Source: an uncultured Geobacter sp. (lineage in GTDB: Bacteria > Desulfobacterota > Desulfuromonadia > Geobacterales > Pseudopelobacteraceae). From it: 64,000 bases of DNA. Under the pieces are notes generated by a model. It did not search any database, was not told the DNA's origin, and saw only the letters and a program-made list of their open reading frames with translations. Location: positions 1,159 through 65,158 of the forward strand of contig CAZUGI010000002.1 in the NCBI GenBank assembly GCA_964619855.1, read 5' to 3'. This document shows, in pieces, positions 1 to 10,250 of this stretch (the stretch's first letter is position 1; every line of letters starts with the position of its first letter). The translations under genes were made by a program, and so were the position numbers.

Positions 1-640
1 CTTTGACATCCTCTTCGCGTGTTGTGAATTCCAGAGAGCAGAGCCCCTCACCTTTGCCTTTTACAACTCCGCGAGCCCTTGAACGCTGAATGGTAGCAGC
101 AATTCCGCTGGCATGATCTGTTAACAGAAGAACTCTGGAAGTTGACGCTGAAACCTTTACAACCTGTCCGACAACACCGTCAGCGGCCACTACCGCCATT
201 CCAGCCTTTAAGCCACTGGAGGTGCCGCGATCAATCACTAACGTCCTGAACCAGGAACTCACATCCTCTCCAACAACCGATGCACCCAGAGTCGGGGGCT
301 TAATCGATTCTTTCATATCGAGAAGACTTTCGAGTCTCTGATTTTCAAGCAGCGCCTCATCTCCTGCGGCAAGACGCGAACTCAGCTCTTTGATTGCTTC
401 GTGCAACCGGATGTTCTCACGCCTGACATGTACCAGGCTTATGTACCCGTCCCAGACGTTTTCAACAAGGCGACTCACATATGCAACCGGCTTGAGCGCA
501 GGCGCGAACAGGTTCACTACGCCGCGTTCAACTGCATTCGCTTCACGGTTACGTGGCACATTCAAAGAAAAAAGTATCAGGGCAGCCAGCAGGCAGACCC
601 CGGTAGCCAGTGCAATTAGATATTTTTTAAAGAATTCCAT
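1..640 (-). CDS. mreC: rod shape-determining protein MreC, N-terminal ~213 codons (3' end lies beyond the left edge)
   Basis: Not in the ORF track because it runs off the edge. Reverse translation from ATG 640..638 gives MEFFKKYLIALATGVCLLAALILF (TM anchor), ENQRLESLLDMKE (coiled coil) and GLKAGMAVVAADGVVGQVVKVSASTSRVLLLTDHASGIAA, the typical MreC pattern. Confidence 0.7.
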   Translation of the reverse strand, partial: MEFFKKYLIALATGVCLLAALILFSLNVPRNREANAVERGVVNLFAPALKPVAYVSRLVENVWDGYISLVHVRRENIRLHEAIKELSSRLAAGDEALLENQRLESLLDMKESIKPPTLGASVVGEDVSSWFRTLVIDRGTSSGLKAGMAVVAADGVVGQVVKVSASTSRVLLLTDHASGIAATIQRSRARGVVKGKGEGLCSLEFTTREEDVK

Positions 641-649
641 ATACCCTTT

Positions 650-1546
650 TCAGCTGAGACCGCACAGATCAGATTCGTTGTATACCCGTACAAGATATTC
701 CCGGTAGGAAGAGTTGGGAGTTGCCTCGATTACCCTTTTCATTCCGTCGCAGTCTATAAAACCTCGGCGCAAGGCTATCTCTTCCAGACAGGCGATTTTA
801 AGCCCCTGTCGGGATTCAATGGTTTCAATGAAATTGCTGGCCTCCATCAGGCTTTTGTGAGTACCGGTATCAAGCCAGGCAATGCCGCGACCCAGTCGTT
901 CAACCATCATTTTGCCACGTTTCATGTAGTTGATGTTGACATCCGTGATCTCTAGCTCTCCACGTGCTGAAGGCTTGATCGATTTGGCCACCTCCACGAT
1001 GTTGCCATCATAAAGATACAGCCCGGGAACTGCATAGTGGGAGCGGGGCTGTTTCGGCTTTTCCTCGATACTGAGTACCCTGCCTTCGGCATCGAAATCC
1101 ACGACGCCGTAGCGCTCCGGGTCATTTACCTGATAGCCGAAGATCAGGGCGCCCCCTTTAAACTCTGAGATTATCTGATCCAGATTCATTTTGCCGTAGA
1201 AGATATTGTCTCCCAAGATCAGGCAGACCGGCTCATTGTTTATAAACTCCTCGCCTACCAGAAATGCCTGGGCAATCCCTTTAGGTTCCGGTTGAACCTT
1301 GTAGGAAATACTGATTCCCCAGCGGGAGCCGTCGCCCAGCAAAGATTCAAAGCGCGGTGTATCCTGCGGAGTTGAAATCAGCAAAATTTCTCTGATGCCG
1401 GCCGCCATCAGCGTTGCCAGCGGATAATATATCATAGGTTTGTCATAGACCGGCTGCAGCTGCTTGCTGGCTACCAGAGTCAGCGGGTAAAGCCGGCTGC
1501 CGGCGCCTCCGGCGAGTATTATCCCTTTTGTAATTCCGTGAGTCAT
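650..1546 (-). CDS. rfbA: glucose-1-phosphate thymidylyltransferase (RmlA/RfbA)
   Basis: ORF 650..1636; the likely true start is the internal ATG at 1546 (MTHGITKGIILAGGAGSRLYPLT). Full-length resemblance to E. coli RmlA: YDKPMIYYPL, ISTPQDTPRF, VNDPERYGVV, KPSARGELEITD, WLDTGTH. Confidence 0.95.
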   Translation of the reverse strand: MTHGITKGIILAGGAGSRLYPLTLVASKQLQPVYDKPMIYYPLATLMAAGIREILLISTPQDTPRFESLLGDGSRWGISISYKVQPEPKGIAQAFLVGEEFINNEPVCLILGDNIFYGKMNLDQIISEFKGGALIFGYQVNDPERYGVVDFDAEGRVLSIEEKPKQPRSHYAVPGLYLYDGNIVEVAKSIKPSARGELEITDVNINYMKRGKMMVERLGRGIAWLDTGTHKSLMEASNFIETIESRQGLKIACLEEIALRRGFIDCDGMKRVIEATPNSSYREYLVRVYNESDLCGLS

Positions 1547-1605
1547 ATCATGCACCTCGATTGAATTGAGCGGATTAAAGTGGCTATCACGACTGGCCCT
1601 GACTG

Positions 1606-2166
1606 TCAAACCGGATTGGGCTGTTCCAATAGACATTTTACGGCCGCCTGCAGATCATCATATATCTCGGCAGTTGTTTGTACGAGGTTTTCATGCTCAG
1701 CACCATACCCGGTGCGAACGAGTATCGTTCTGCAGCCGGCAGCTGTTCCGGCCCCGATATCAGCAGGCTTGTCACCGATCATTATCGATCTGCCAAGATC
1801 CAGATCATAACGGCGGGCCGCCTCTTTAAGCATGCCCGGAAGTGGTTTCCTGCAGCTGCAGGGCAGTGAATAACTGCCGCGACCATCAGGATGATGTGGA
1901 CAGTACATCCAGGCGTCAATGCTAGCTCCGGTTTTAGCAAGTTCGGCGGCGATATGGCGATGTAATAATTCGACATCATCCTCGGTATAGAATCCACGAG
2001 CGACGCCGGACTGGTTGGTAACAACCACCACAAAAAATCCGGCATCGTTCAACTGCCTGATTGCCTCCGGTGCACCGGGAATAAATTCAAAATCCTCTAC
2101 CTGATAGAGATAGTCTTTTTCAATGTTGATAGTACCATCCCTGTCAAGAAACACCGCCCGCCTCAT
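1606..2166 (-). CDS. gmhB: D-glycero-D-manno-heptose 1,7-bisphosphate phosphatase (HAD family, GmhB)
   Basis: ORF 1606..2202; the likely start is MRRAVFLDRDGTIN (ATG 2166). HAD DxDGT motif, VVVTNQSGVARG, and the Zn-loop CPHHP...CSCRKP typical of GmhB/histidinol-phosphatase-like enzymes. Confidence 0.85.
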   Translation of the reverse strand: MRRAVFLDRDGTINIEKDYLYQVEDFEFIPGAPEAIRQLNDAGFFVVVVTNQSGVARGFYTEDDVELLHRHIAAELAKTGASIDAWMYCPHHPDGRGSYSLPCSCRKPLPGMLKEAARRYDLDLGRSIMIGDKPADIGAGTAAGCRTILVRTGYGAEHENLVQTTAEIYDDLQAAVKCLLEQPNPV

Positions 2167-2221
2167 GGCATCCTCCACTCCACTCCCTGTTATTATCAGC
2201 ATGTCGATTTACTGCTAGGCA

Positions 2222-2251
2222 TTGACAAGACAACGAAAAAGGCTCTATAAC
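2222..2251 (+). promoter_or_regulatory. sigma70-like promoter for the DAHP synthase gene (TTGACA-N18-TATAAC)
   Basis: TTGACA at 2222..2227 and TATAAC at 2246..2251, with an 18-nt spacer. GGGAGA RBS at 2268..2273 and GTG start at 2280. Motif match only. Confidence 0.4.
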
Positions 2252-2279
2252 ACCTGCACAGTCAACAGGGAGAACATCA

Positions 2280-3332
2280 GTGATCAAAACCAACAATCTG
2301 AAAATTACCGGTATTACGCCCATAATAGCTCCGGCAGATCTGCGCCAGGTTTTTCCGCTTTCTGAAAAGGACCGCGCATTCGTCAGCAAAAGCCGCGAAC
2401 GCATAAAAGACATCATTCAGCGTCGTGACCGCCGCCTGATGGTTGTAGTCGGACCATGTTCAATTCACGATACTGAAGCAGCCCTGGAATATGCCGAACA
2501 CCTTGCCGTGCTGTCCCGCAAAGTCGAAAGTCAGCTCCTGTTGATCATGCGTGTATATTTCGAAAAACCACGCACTACTGTCGGCTGGAAGGGATTGATC
2601 AACGATCCTGACATGAACAGTACCCACCTGATTTCAAAGGGGCTGGGCATCGCCCGCGGACTTCTCAGTCGTATTACTGCTCTGGAAGTTCCGGTGGCCA
2701 ACGAAATGCTCGACCCGATCACTCCGGAATATGTGGCCGACATGATCAGCTGGGGCGCCATCGGAGCCCGTACCACTGAATCCCAGACCCACCGGGAGCT
2801 GGCCAGCGGTCTCTCCTTCCCGATCGGCTTCAAGAACGGTACTGACGGCAATCTCCAGATTGCAATGGATGCCATGAAAGCAGCGATGCACCCACACAGT
2901 TTTCTCGGTATCAACCGCGAGGGGCGGACCTCAATCATTCAGACCAGTGGCAACCCGGATGTCCATATTGTCCTAAGAGGCGGTTCAAGAAAAGTAAACT
3001 ACCATCCAACAGACATTGCCCACACGAACGAATGTCTTACAAAGAACGGTCTGCTGCCAAGCATAATGGTCGACTGCAGTCATGGCAACTCAAACAAGGA
3101 CTACCAAAAACAACCCGAGGTTCTGGAATGTGTTGTTGACCAGCTACTTGGCGGCAACTCATCCATCTCCGGAGTAATGATTGAAAGTAATCTCAAAGCC
3201 GGCAGCCAGAAGATTCCGGCAGATCTCGGGCATCTAAAATACGGAGTTTCAATAACCGACGCCTGCATCGACTGGGATACGACAGAAAGAATTCTGTTAC
3301 GTGCCCACAACAGATTGCAGAGCAGGAAGTAG
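2280..3332 (+). CDS. aroG: 3-deoxy-7-phosphoheptulonate (DAHP) synthase, class I (AroF/G/H type)
   Basis: 350 aa with a GTG start. LMVVVGPCSIHD, RVYFEKPRTTVGWKGLINDP, GARTTESQ.HRE.ASGLS.P.GFKNGTDG and VDCSHGNS are hallmark class I-alpha DAHP synthase motifs. The isozyme (F/G/H) cannot be told from sequence alone. Confidence 0.9.
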   Translation: MIKTNNLKITGITPIIAPADLRQVFPLSEKDRAFVSKSRERIKDIIQRRDRRLMVVVGPCSIHDTEAALEYAEHLAVLSRKVESQLLLIMRVYFEKPRTTVGWKGLINDPDMNSTHLISKGLGIARGLLSRITALEVPVANEMLDPITPEYVADMISWGAIGARTTESQTHRELASGLSFPIGFKNGTDGNLQIAMDAMKAAMHPHSFLGINREGRTSIIQTSGNPDVHIVLRGGSRKVNYHPTDIAHTNECLTKNGLLPSIMVDCSHGNSNKDYQKQPEVLECVVDQLLGGNSSISGVMIESNLKAGSQKIPADLGHLKYGVSITDACIDWDTTERILLRAHNRLQSRK

Positions 3333-3342
3333 ATATTCCTGC

Positions 3343-4245
3343 CTACTCATACACCAGCCTCATCCCACCCAAAGCGCTCTTCAAAGTGCCTTCAAATTTT
3401 TCTTCCATGCCATCAGCCAGAAGGTCAAAATAATTAACCTTCCGTTTAGGTGGTAGAATCAATTCCGGATCACCTTTAATTCCGGCCTGCTTTCCGGCCT
3501 CTTCAATGGCATCCTGCAGAGTGCCCAAACGATCTACCAGCTTGAACCCCTTGGCCTGCTCTCCGGAAAGAATGCGGCCGTCTGCAATCTTGCGTACGTC
3601 TTCAATCGGGAGTTTCCTGCCTTCAGCAACCGCCTTGATGAACTGTTCATGAGTATTATCAATAACCGACTGCAGCATGGCCCGGTCTTCAGCCGAAAAC
3701 TCGCGTACCGGCGAACCGGAGTCCTTATATTTACCGGTTTTAAGCGTATATGACTTGATTCCAATCTTGTCCATCAACGCCTCGATATTCGAGAGCTTCA
3801 AAATAACACCAATACTGGCCGTAATGGTGCCGGGATTGGCATAGATCAATGTCGCCGGAGCAGAAATATAATATCCGCCCGAAGCGGCCAGGCTTCCCAT
3901 TGAAACTATAATCTTTTTTTTGGCCGCAAATTTTTTGACTTCCTCGTATATCTCCTGAGAAGGGGCAACAACTCCACCAGGCGAATCAACCCTCAAAACC
4001 ACCGCTTTCACACCATTCTGTTTAAGAAAATGCCGGAGTTGTCTGATCGTCTCCTTTGAGTCAAGGATCATACCTTTAACTTCAACCAGTCCGACACCTT
4101 CTTTGGAAGCAAGGGAGGTTTCAGTTCCGCCGATCAGCGACTTTGCGATTTTGACAGAAAAGGCGAATAAAACAACGACTGCGAAGATAATTGCAGCCAG
4201 GATTATAAGGATTTTTTTTGACATTAGGGTACGCCCTTTGGACAT
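3343..4245 (-). CDS. sppA: signal peptide peptidase SppA, 36K type
   Basis: N-terminal TM (KKILIILAAIIFAVVVLF), then VVLRVDSPGGVVAPSQEIY and SMGSLAASGGYYISAPA (catalytic Ser region). ClpP/crotonase-like S49 peptidase. The start could instead be the second ATG at 4224. Confidence 0.85.
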   Translation of the reverse strand: MSKGRTLMSKKILIILAAIIFAVVVLFAFSVKIAKSLIGGTETSLASKEGVGLVEVKGMILDSKETIRQLRHFLKQNGVKAVVLRVDSPGGVVAPSQEIYEEVKKFAAKKKIIVSMGSLAASGGYYISAPATLIYANPGTITASIGVILKLSNIEALMDKIGIKSYTLKTGKYKDSGSPVREFSAEDRAMLQSVIDNTHEQFIKAVAEGRKLPIEDVRKIADGRILSGEQAKGFKLVDRLGTLQDAIEEAGKQAGIKGDPELILPPKRKVNYFDLLADGMEEKFEGTLKSALGGMRLVYE

Positions 4246-4286
4246 TTTTTCTTTAATGAAAAGACAGACTCTGGTACAATAACGGC

Positions 4287-4757
4287 ATGAAACTGCTCGT
4301 CATATCTGATACTCACGGCAACTTCACGCTCACTCTGAAAGCACACTCCCTAGCAGAAAATGTCGACATAATAGTTCATCTTGGTGACGGCTCTTCCGAT
4401 GCTGACATGCTTCGAGAACTACTGGACATTGACGTTAAAAACGTTGCCGGCAACTGCGACATCGGCTCAAATGCGCCCCGTGAACAGGTGTGGGAATGTG
4501 AGGGTAAGAGGATTCTGCTGACACACGGGGACGCCTATGGAGTTAAGGCTGGACTTGGCAGGCTGAAACGACGGGCCCTGGAAGTCAGGGCAGATCTTGT
4601 ATTATTCGGTCACAGCCACCACGCCACTCAGGAAACGTACTCAGACATTTTATTCCTTAACCCTGGAACGATGATTAATCAAACGCTCCACAAGAGTTAT
4701 GCCATTGTAGATGTGACCCCGAACGGCATATCCGCCAGCCTCCACACAATCATTTAA
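4287..4757 (+). CDS. YfcE/MJ0936-family metallophosphoesterase
   Basis: Motifs ISDTHG, HLGDG, GNCD, THGD and GHSH in the canonical calcineurin-like phosphoesterase order; 156 aa. Confidence 0.8.
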   Translation: MKLLVISDTHGNFTLTLKAHSLAENVDIIVHLGDGSSDADMLRELLDIDVKNVAGNCDIGSNAPREQVWECEGKRILLTHGDAYGVKAGLGRLKRRALEVRADLVLFGHSHHATQETYSDILFLNPGTMINQTLHKSYAIVDVTPNGISASLHTII

Positions 4758-5557
4758 GACGTTTCATCACGATGCACGGCTTCATGCCCTTTATGAACAG
4801 CCTTCTCCAGCCTGCGCCTCCTGGGCCAGGTCCATACAAAATCAACTAATCCGGAAAAAACGTAGATCAGCATAATGGAGAACGTCATGATGACCGGCTC
4901 GGATGCAACGACGATCAAAAGCACCACAGCCAGCAGCAGGAAACCGAACGGCTGACGTTTGATCAAAGCCGGGTCCTTGAATGAATAATAGCGCAGACTT
5001 GAGACCATCAGAAAAGCCAGCAGGTATATCAGAGCGATTATCGCCAGCTTTTTATACGAACTGGGCCACCCCTGGTGGTGGAACAAAAGGACCGTAGAGG
5101 CCACCATGCAGGCTGCTGCCGGAATCGGCAGACCAACAAAACGCTTGCTTTCAACTGTGTTTACCTGAACATTAAAACGAGCCAGACGCAATGCTCCGCA
5201 CACAACAAACAGGAATGCCGCCAGCCAGCCGAGTCTTCCAAACGGCTTCAGTGCCCAGGCATACATCATAAGACCAGGAGTGACACCAAAGGCAACCAGG
5301 TCAGCCAACGAGTCGAACTCAACCCCGAACTTGCTGGTAGTTCCTGTCATGCGAGCCACTTTGCCATCTAGTCCGTCACAGACAGCAGCAATAAAAATCC
5401 AGATTGCGGCTGTACTGTAATTGCCGTTCAAAGTGGACACCATACTGTAAAAACCGGAAAAAAGGCTGCCAGCCGTGATCAGGTTGGGAAGGATATAAAT
5501 CCCGCGCTTGATGCTTTCGCCCTTCTCGAGTGGCTTTTCCAGTATTTCATGGCTCAT
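4754..5557 (-). CDS. pssA: CDP-diacylglycerol--serine O-phosphatidyltransferase
   Basis: CDP-alcohol phosphatidyltransferase motif DGLDGKVARMTGTTSKFGVEFDSLADLV, multiple TM segments, and a 4-nt overlap with psd upstream. Confidence 0.9.
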   Translation of the reverse strand: MSHEILEKPLEKGESIKRGIYILPNLITAGSLFSGFYSMVSTLNGNYSTAAIWIFIAAVCDGLDGKVARMTGTTSKFGVEFDSLADLVAFGVTPGLMMYAWALKPFGRLGWLAAFLFVVCGALRLARFNVQVNTVESKRFVGLPIPAAACMVASTVLLFHHQGWPSSYKKLAIIALIYLLAFLMVSSLRYYSFKDPALIKRQPFGFLLLAVVLLIVVASEPVIMTFSIMLIYVFSGLVDFVWTWPRRRRLEKAVHKGHEAVHRDETS

Positions 5558-6234
5558 GCGGCAGAATCCTGATGTAACCCAATTTTAGCCAGCACGGTTT
5601 CCCCTGCCACGGCAGTATCACCTAAAGAGACCAGAGGCTTTACATCAATCGGCAGATAAACGTCCAGACGAGATCCGAAGCGTATCATTCCGTACCGGTC
5701 ACCACGCTTCAACTGATCACCTACCCGGGCATAACAAACGATACGGCGTGCAATCAGGCCGGCTATCTGCACAAACGCAATACGTGTGCCATCCGCAACT
5801 TTAAGCAGCACGCCGTTACGCTCATTTTCGCAAGAAGCACGCCCGTCGCGGGCATCGAAGAATCTACCGCGATGGTAGAACACATCTAAAACGGTTCCAT
5901 CCAGAGGAACTCTGTTCACATGGACGTTGAAAACCGACATAAAAATACTGATCTTCAGCGCCGGAACACCCAGAGGGGTTTCAGGAACCTGTTCAACGAC
6001 CACCACCGTTCCATCAGCCGGCGAAACTACTGCCTGACTGTCTGCTGGGGGCGTTCTCTCTGGATTGCGAAAAAAATAAAGCACAAACAGTAACAGTAAC
6101 AATGCAAACAGAGCGGGTACAGCCAATACAAATGAGCCGAGTTTCCATGACGAAAAGGTCAGAAGTGTTGTCAATCCTGCAGAATATACAATGAAAGGAT
6201 ATCCTTCACTGGCTACAATTCCGTTGTTATTCAT
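5554..6234 (-). CDS. psd: phosphatidylserine decarboxylase proenzyme (short type)
   Basis: 226 aa with an N-terminal TM pair, SPADG, and the FGSRLDV self-cleavage (GS-type) motif near the C-terminus. Operon partner of pssA. Confidence 0.9.
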   Translation of the reverse strand: MNNNGIVASEGYPFIVYSAGLTTLLTFSSWKLGSFVLAVPALFALLLLLFVLYFFRNPERTPPADSQAVVSPADGTVVVVEQVPETPLGVPALKISIFMSVFNVHVNRVPLDGTVLDVFYHRGRFFDARDGRASCENERNGVLLKVADGTRIAFVQIAGLIARRIVCYARVGDQLKRGDRYGMIRFGSRLDVYLPIDVKPLVSLGDTAVAGETVLAKIGLHQDSAA

Positions 6235-6310
6235 TATTCCTGCCTGTTAATGCGCAGACACCCCTCACCCGCAGGGGTAAAAGGGGTGTCAGATTCGCAC
6301 GTAATGTTGA

Positions 6311-7345
<1,035 letters not shown>

Positions 7346-7454
7346 TTATCCGGTAAACCGGTCGAACTTCCTGTAAAAATGGACGTTACACATACTATAT
7401 CCGTGTTTCCCTGTCAATCGAATTGCACGGTTTTCACCATGCCTATTGCCATTA

Positions 7455-7491
7455 AAACTAAAGCCGCCCGGCACTGATGAGCCGGACGGCT
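7455..7491 (-). terminator. GC-rich hairpin in the ilvN-ilvC spacer (possible partial terminator/attenuator)
   Basis: 11-bp stem AGCCGCCCGGC (7462..7472) / GCCGGACGGCT (7481..7491) with one G-U pair and an 8-nt loop. On the minus strand it is followed by TTAGTTTTAAT. The spacer is unusually long at 206 bp. Confidence 0.3.
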
Positions 7492-7527
7492 GAGATTGAA
7501 TTGCAAAACAGCGGTAAACAGCCGGAC

Positions 7528-8025
7528 CTACCCCTTCCACCCTTTGGCGCCCCGGCCAATGGCAACTGAGCCGGTACGCACCAGCTCTTTTAGACCCAGG
7601 GGGCGCAGCAACTCCAGAATGGCATCAATCTTAATCGGATTACCGGTGGCTTCAATAGTATAGGACTTAGGTGTTACATCAATGATCTTGGCACGGAAGA
7701 TGTCGACAATCCGCAGCACTTCGGCCCGGCTCTCGTCTTCAGCAGTGACCTTGATCAGCGCCATTTCTCTCTCAATAGCGCTGCCATCAGTAAAATCAAT
7801 AACTTTCAGAACATCAATCAGTTTATTAAGCTGTTTATTGATCTGCTCCAGAATCTTTTCATCACCACGGGTGACGATTGTCATTCGGGACAGACCATCC
7901 TCATTTGTGGGAGCCACCGAGAGTGAGTCTATGTTAAAACCGCGGCCGGAAAAAAGGTTAGCTACTCGTGATAGCACGCCAAACTCGTTTTCAACCAGAA
8001 CTGATATTGTATGCTGCATTGGCAA
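7528..8025 (-). CDS. ilvN: acetolactate synthase small (regulatory) subunit
   Basis: HTISVLVENEFGVLSRVANLFSGRGFNIDSLSV (ACT domain) plus the C-terminal ALS_ss_C region; 165 aa. Sits directly downstream of ilvB. Confidence 0.95.
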   Translation of the reverse strand: MPMQHTISVLVENEFGVLSRVANLFSGRGFNIDSLSVAPTNEDGLSRMTIVTRGDEKILEQINKQLNKLIDVLKVIDFTDGSAIEREMALIKVTAEDESRAEVLRIVDIFRAKIIDVTPKSYTIEATGNPIKIDAILELLRPLGLKELVRTGSVAIGRGAKGWKG

Positions 8026-8035
8026 TCTCCCTCTC

Positions 8036-9736
8036 CTACGCGTTCAGTACCATTTCATTCAGCGATGCCCCGGCCGGAACCATCGGCAGTACTTTTTCTT
8101 CACGGGCAATCTTGAATTCCATGATCACCGGTCCTTTTTCAGCAAAACCCTGTCTGATAATTTTTTCAACTTCATCGGGTTTGGTGGCCAGAAAACCTTT
8201 GGCGCCGTAGGCATCTGCCAGTTTAATATAGTCGATCGGGAGCTCCATGCAGGTCTGGGAATAGCGTTTGTCAAAGAAAAGTTCCTGCCACTGGCGCACC
8301 ATGCCGAGGAAGTTATTATTGAGTATGACGATTTTTACCGGCAGCTTGTTCTGTACCAGAGTCGCCATCTCCTGAATATTCATCTGGATACCGCCATCAC
8401 CGCAGATAGTTATGACCTGACGCCCTGGAAATGCTGCCTGCGCACCCATAGCGGCCGGCAGTCCGTAACCCATGGTACCCAAACCGCCGGACGTCAGCAG
8501 CGTGCGTGGGCGGTTGAACTGAAAAAACTGGGCGGTCCACATCTGGTGCTGGCCTACGTCTGTGGAAATAATGGCATCATGATCAGACAGTTCTCGCAAT
8601 TTTTGGATAACAAACTGCGGCTTGATGATCGTACTGCTGTTTTTATAGCTGATCGGATGCTTGCCTTTCCATCCGCTGATCTCCTCATGCCAAGTAGCGA
8701 TCGCAGCAATGTACTCCGCCACCTTGTCTTTCGCCTTATCAGCCTGTTTGATCATTTTGGCCAACACATCCTTTACATCGCCAACAATCGGCAGATCAAC
8801 TCTGACATTCTTTTTGATCGAAGTCGGATCGACATCAACATGGATTATTCTGGCGTGCGGGGCAAAGGTCGCCAGTTTTCCGGTTACCCGGTCGTCAAAA
8901 CGCGATCCGACAGCAATAATCAGATCGGAATTTGTCATGGCCATATTGGCGCAGTAGGCTCCATGCATGCCCAGCATACCGAGCGAGAGTGCGTCATCTC
9001 CCGGAAATGAGCCAAGACCCATCAGGGTTGTTGTAACAGGAACACTGAGCCTGCGGGCCAAGATCGTCAACTGATCAGCCGCATCACCCAGCACCACGCC
9101 ACCACCGACATACAACACCGGCCGACGTGACTCCAGTATCATTTTAAAGGCCTTTTCCACCTGCCTTGGATGACCTTCCAGATTCGGCTTATAGCTGCGG
9201 ATTTCTACTGTTTCCGGGTACACGAATTCCGTCTGCGCCACCTGAATATCTTTGGGAAAATCAACCAGAACCGGTCCGGGACGCCCGCTGCGGGCAATAA
9301 AAAAAGCCTTCTTCATGGTTGTGGCGATATCTTTTACATCCCTGATCAGAAAACTGTGCTTGGTGCAGGGACGGGTTATCCCGATGATATCGACCTCCTG
9401 AAAAGCGTCGTTACCAATCAGCGGTGTCGGCACTTGGCCGGTAATGATGACCATCGGGATGGAATCCATATAGGCCGTGGCGATCCCGGTCACGGTGTTG
9501 GTGGCGCCGGGCCCGGAGGTCGCAATGGCAACACCAACCTTTCCGGTTGCGCGGGCATATCCGTCAGCCGCATGCGTACCGGCTTGCTCATGTCGGGGCA
9601 GGATGTGACGAATATCCTTAAAGCTGAAGAGTTCATCATAGATGTTGATGACCGTGCCGCCGGGATAGCCGAAAACGGTGTCAACACCCTCTTTTTTCAG
9701 ACACTCCAGCATAATTCGTGCGCCATTCATTTTCAT
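8036..9736 (-). CDS. ilvB: acetolactate synthase large (catalytic) subunit, biosynthetic type
   Basis: 566 aa. ThDP enzyme motifs GYPGG, ATSGPGATN, and GGLGTMGYGLPAAMGA...GDGG.QMN.QE (ThDP-binding). Confidence 0.95.
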   Translation of the reverse strand: MKMNGARIMLECLKKEGVDTVFGYPGGTVINIYDELFSFKDIRHILPRHEQAGTHAADGYARATGKVGVAIATSGPGATNTVTGIATAYMDSIPMVIITGQVPTPLIGNDAFQEVDIIGITRPCTKHSFLIRDVKDIATTMKKAFFIARSGRPGPVLVDFPKDIQVAQTEFVYPETVEIRSYKPNLEGHPRQVEKAFKMILESRRPVLYVGGGVVLGDAADQLTILARRLSVPVTTTLMGLGSFPGDDALSLGMLGMHGAYCANMAMTNSDLIIAVGSRFDDRVTGKLATFAPHARIIHVDVDPTSIKKNVRVDLPIVGDVKDVLAKMIKQADKAKDKVAEYIAAIATWHEEISGWKGKHPISYKNSSTIIKPQFVIQKLRELSDHDAIISTDVGQHQMWTAQFFQFNRPRTLLTSGGLGTMGYGLPAAMGAQAAFPGRQVITICGDGGIQMNIQEMATLVQNKLPVKIVILNNNFLGMVRQWQELFFDKRYSQTCMELPIDYIKLADAYGAKGFLATKPDEVEKIIRQGFAEKGPVIMEFKIAREEKVLPMVPAGASLNEMVLNA

Positions 9737-9750
9737 GCATTACCTCATAA

Positions 9751-10164
9751 CTAAAAGTTGTTAGGGTTACCCGGAACCGCGTTGACAACCGTCCACTTCA
9801 GGTCGCCGTTTATGTCAACCAGTTTACGCTGCTGAGTTGTGTTGTCGAAATAGACTTTGTAGCATCCACCTGGCGCGACACTGGAAGTCCAGTTGCTGAT
9901 GCAGAGGCGCCCGTCATCGGTGATGTTCCAGTTTCCCTTTGTATTGCCGCCGTAGGAACCACGGCCAAGCACGGTTCCATTGGCATCCCAGTAAAATGTA
10001 TCACCTGTTGCAGCGGTGACGGTGTTGCCCTGAAAAACCTCACGAACCTCTCTGCTGGACAACAGCAGAGCGTTGGCGCTTTGCAGCCCCTGTTCGACAG
10101 TGGCACAGCCGGCAAGCGATACAAACAGTGCGGCGACAGCTGACAGCGAAATTAGCTTCTTCAT
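9751..10164 (-). CDS. small lipoprotein of unknown function
   Basis: Signal peptide with lipobox MKKLISLSAVAALFVSLAG|C; 137 aa. No catalytic motif recognised; possibly DUF995-like, but that is unverified. Lies between ilvD and ilvB on the same strand. Confidence 0.6.
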   Translation of the reverse strand: MKKLISLSAVAALFVSLAGCATVEQGLQSANALLLSSREVREVFQGNTVTAATGDTFYWDANGTVLGRGSYGGNTKGNWNITDDGRLCISNWTSSVAPGGCYKVYFDNTTQQRKLVDINGDLKWTVVNAVPGNPNNF

Positions 10165-10250
10165 TTTGTTCCCCCCTGTTTTTGATCAGGAATCAGCGAG
10201 ACTTGAGCCACTGGTATCACTCCTTGACCCTTGCCTCATGACCCTTTTTT

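Noticed and set aside
1547-1636. N-terminal extensions of ORF-track models: rfbA to 1636, gmhB to 2202, the GT2 to 57255, the ABC-2 permease to 62312, the FkbM to 40123, ATP-grasp to 49213, the HAD to 63974, and ackA to 22968.
   Set aside because: In each case an internal start gives the canonical family N-terminus, an RBS, and/or an ATGA, TAATG or GTGA overlap with the upstream gene. The extensions overlap neighbouring genes or a terminator.
3914-4219. A/T homopolymers of 8 nt inside sppA (3914..3921 and 4212..4219) as phase-variation candidates.
   Set aside because: They encode Lys runs in a housekeeping protease. A/T8 tracts are common in genomes of this composition and are not known contingency switches in this setting.
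7682-9010. A 442-aa ORF on the plus strand spanning ilvN/ilvB.
   Set aside because: It lies entirely antisense to two strongly supported genes (ilvN, ilvB). Its product is low-complexity and Ser/Arg/Leu-rich with no motifs. This is a typical shadow ORF.
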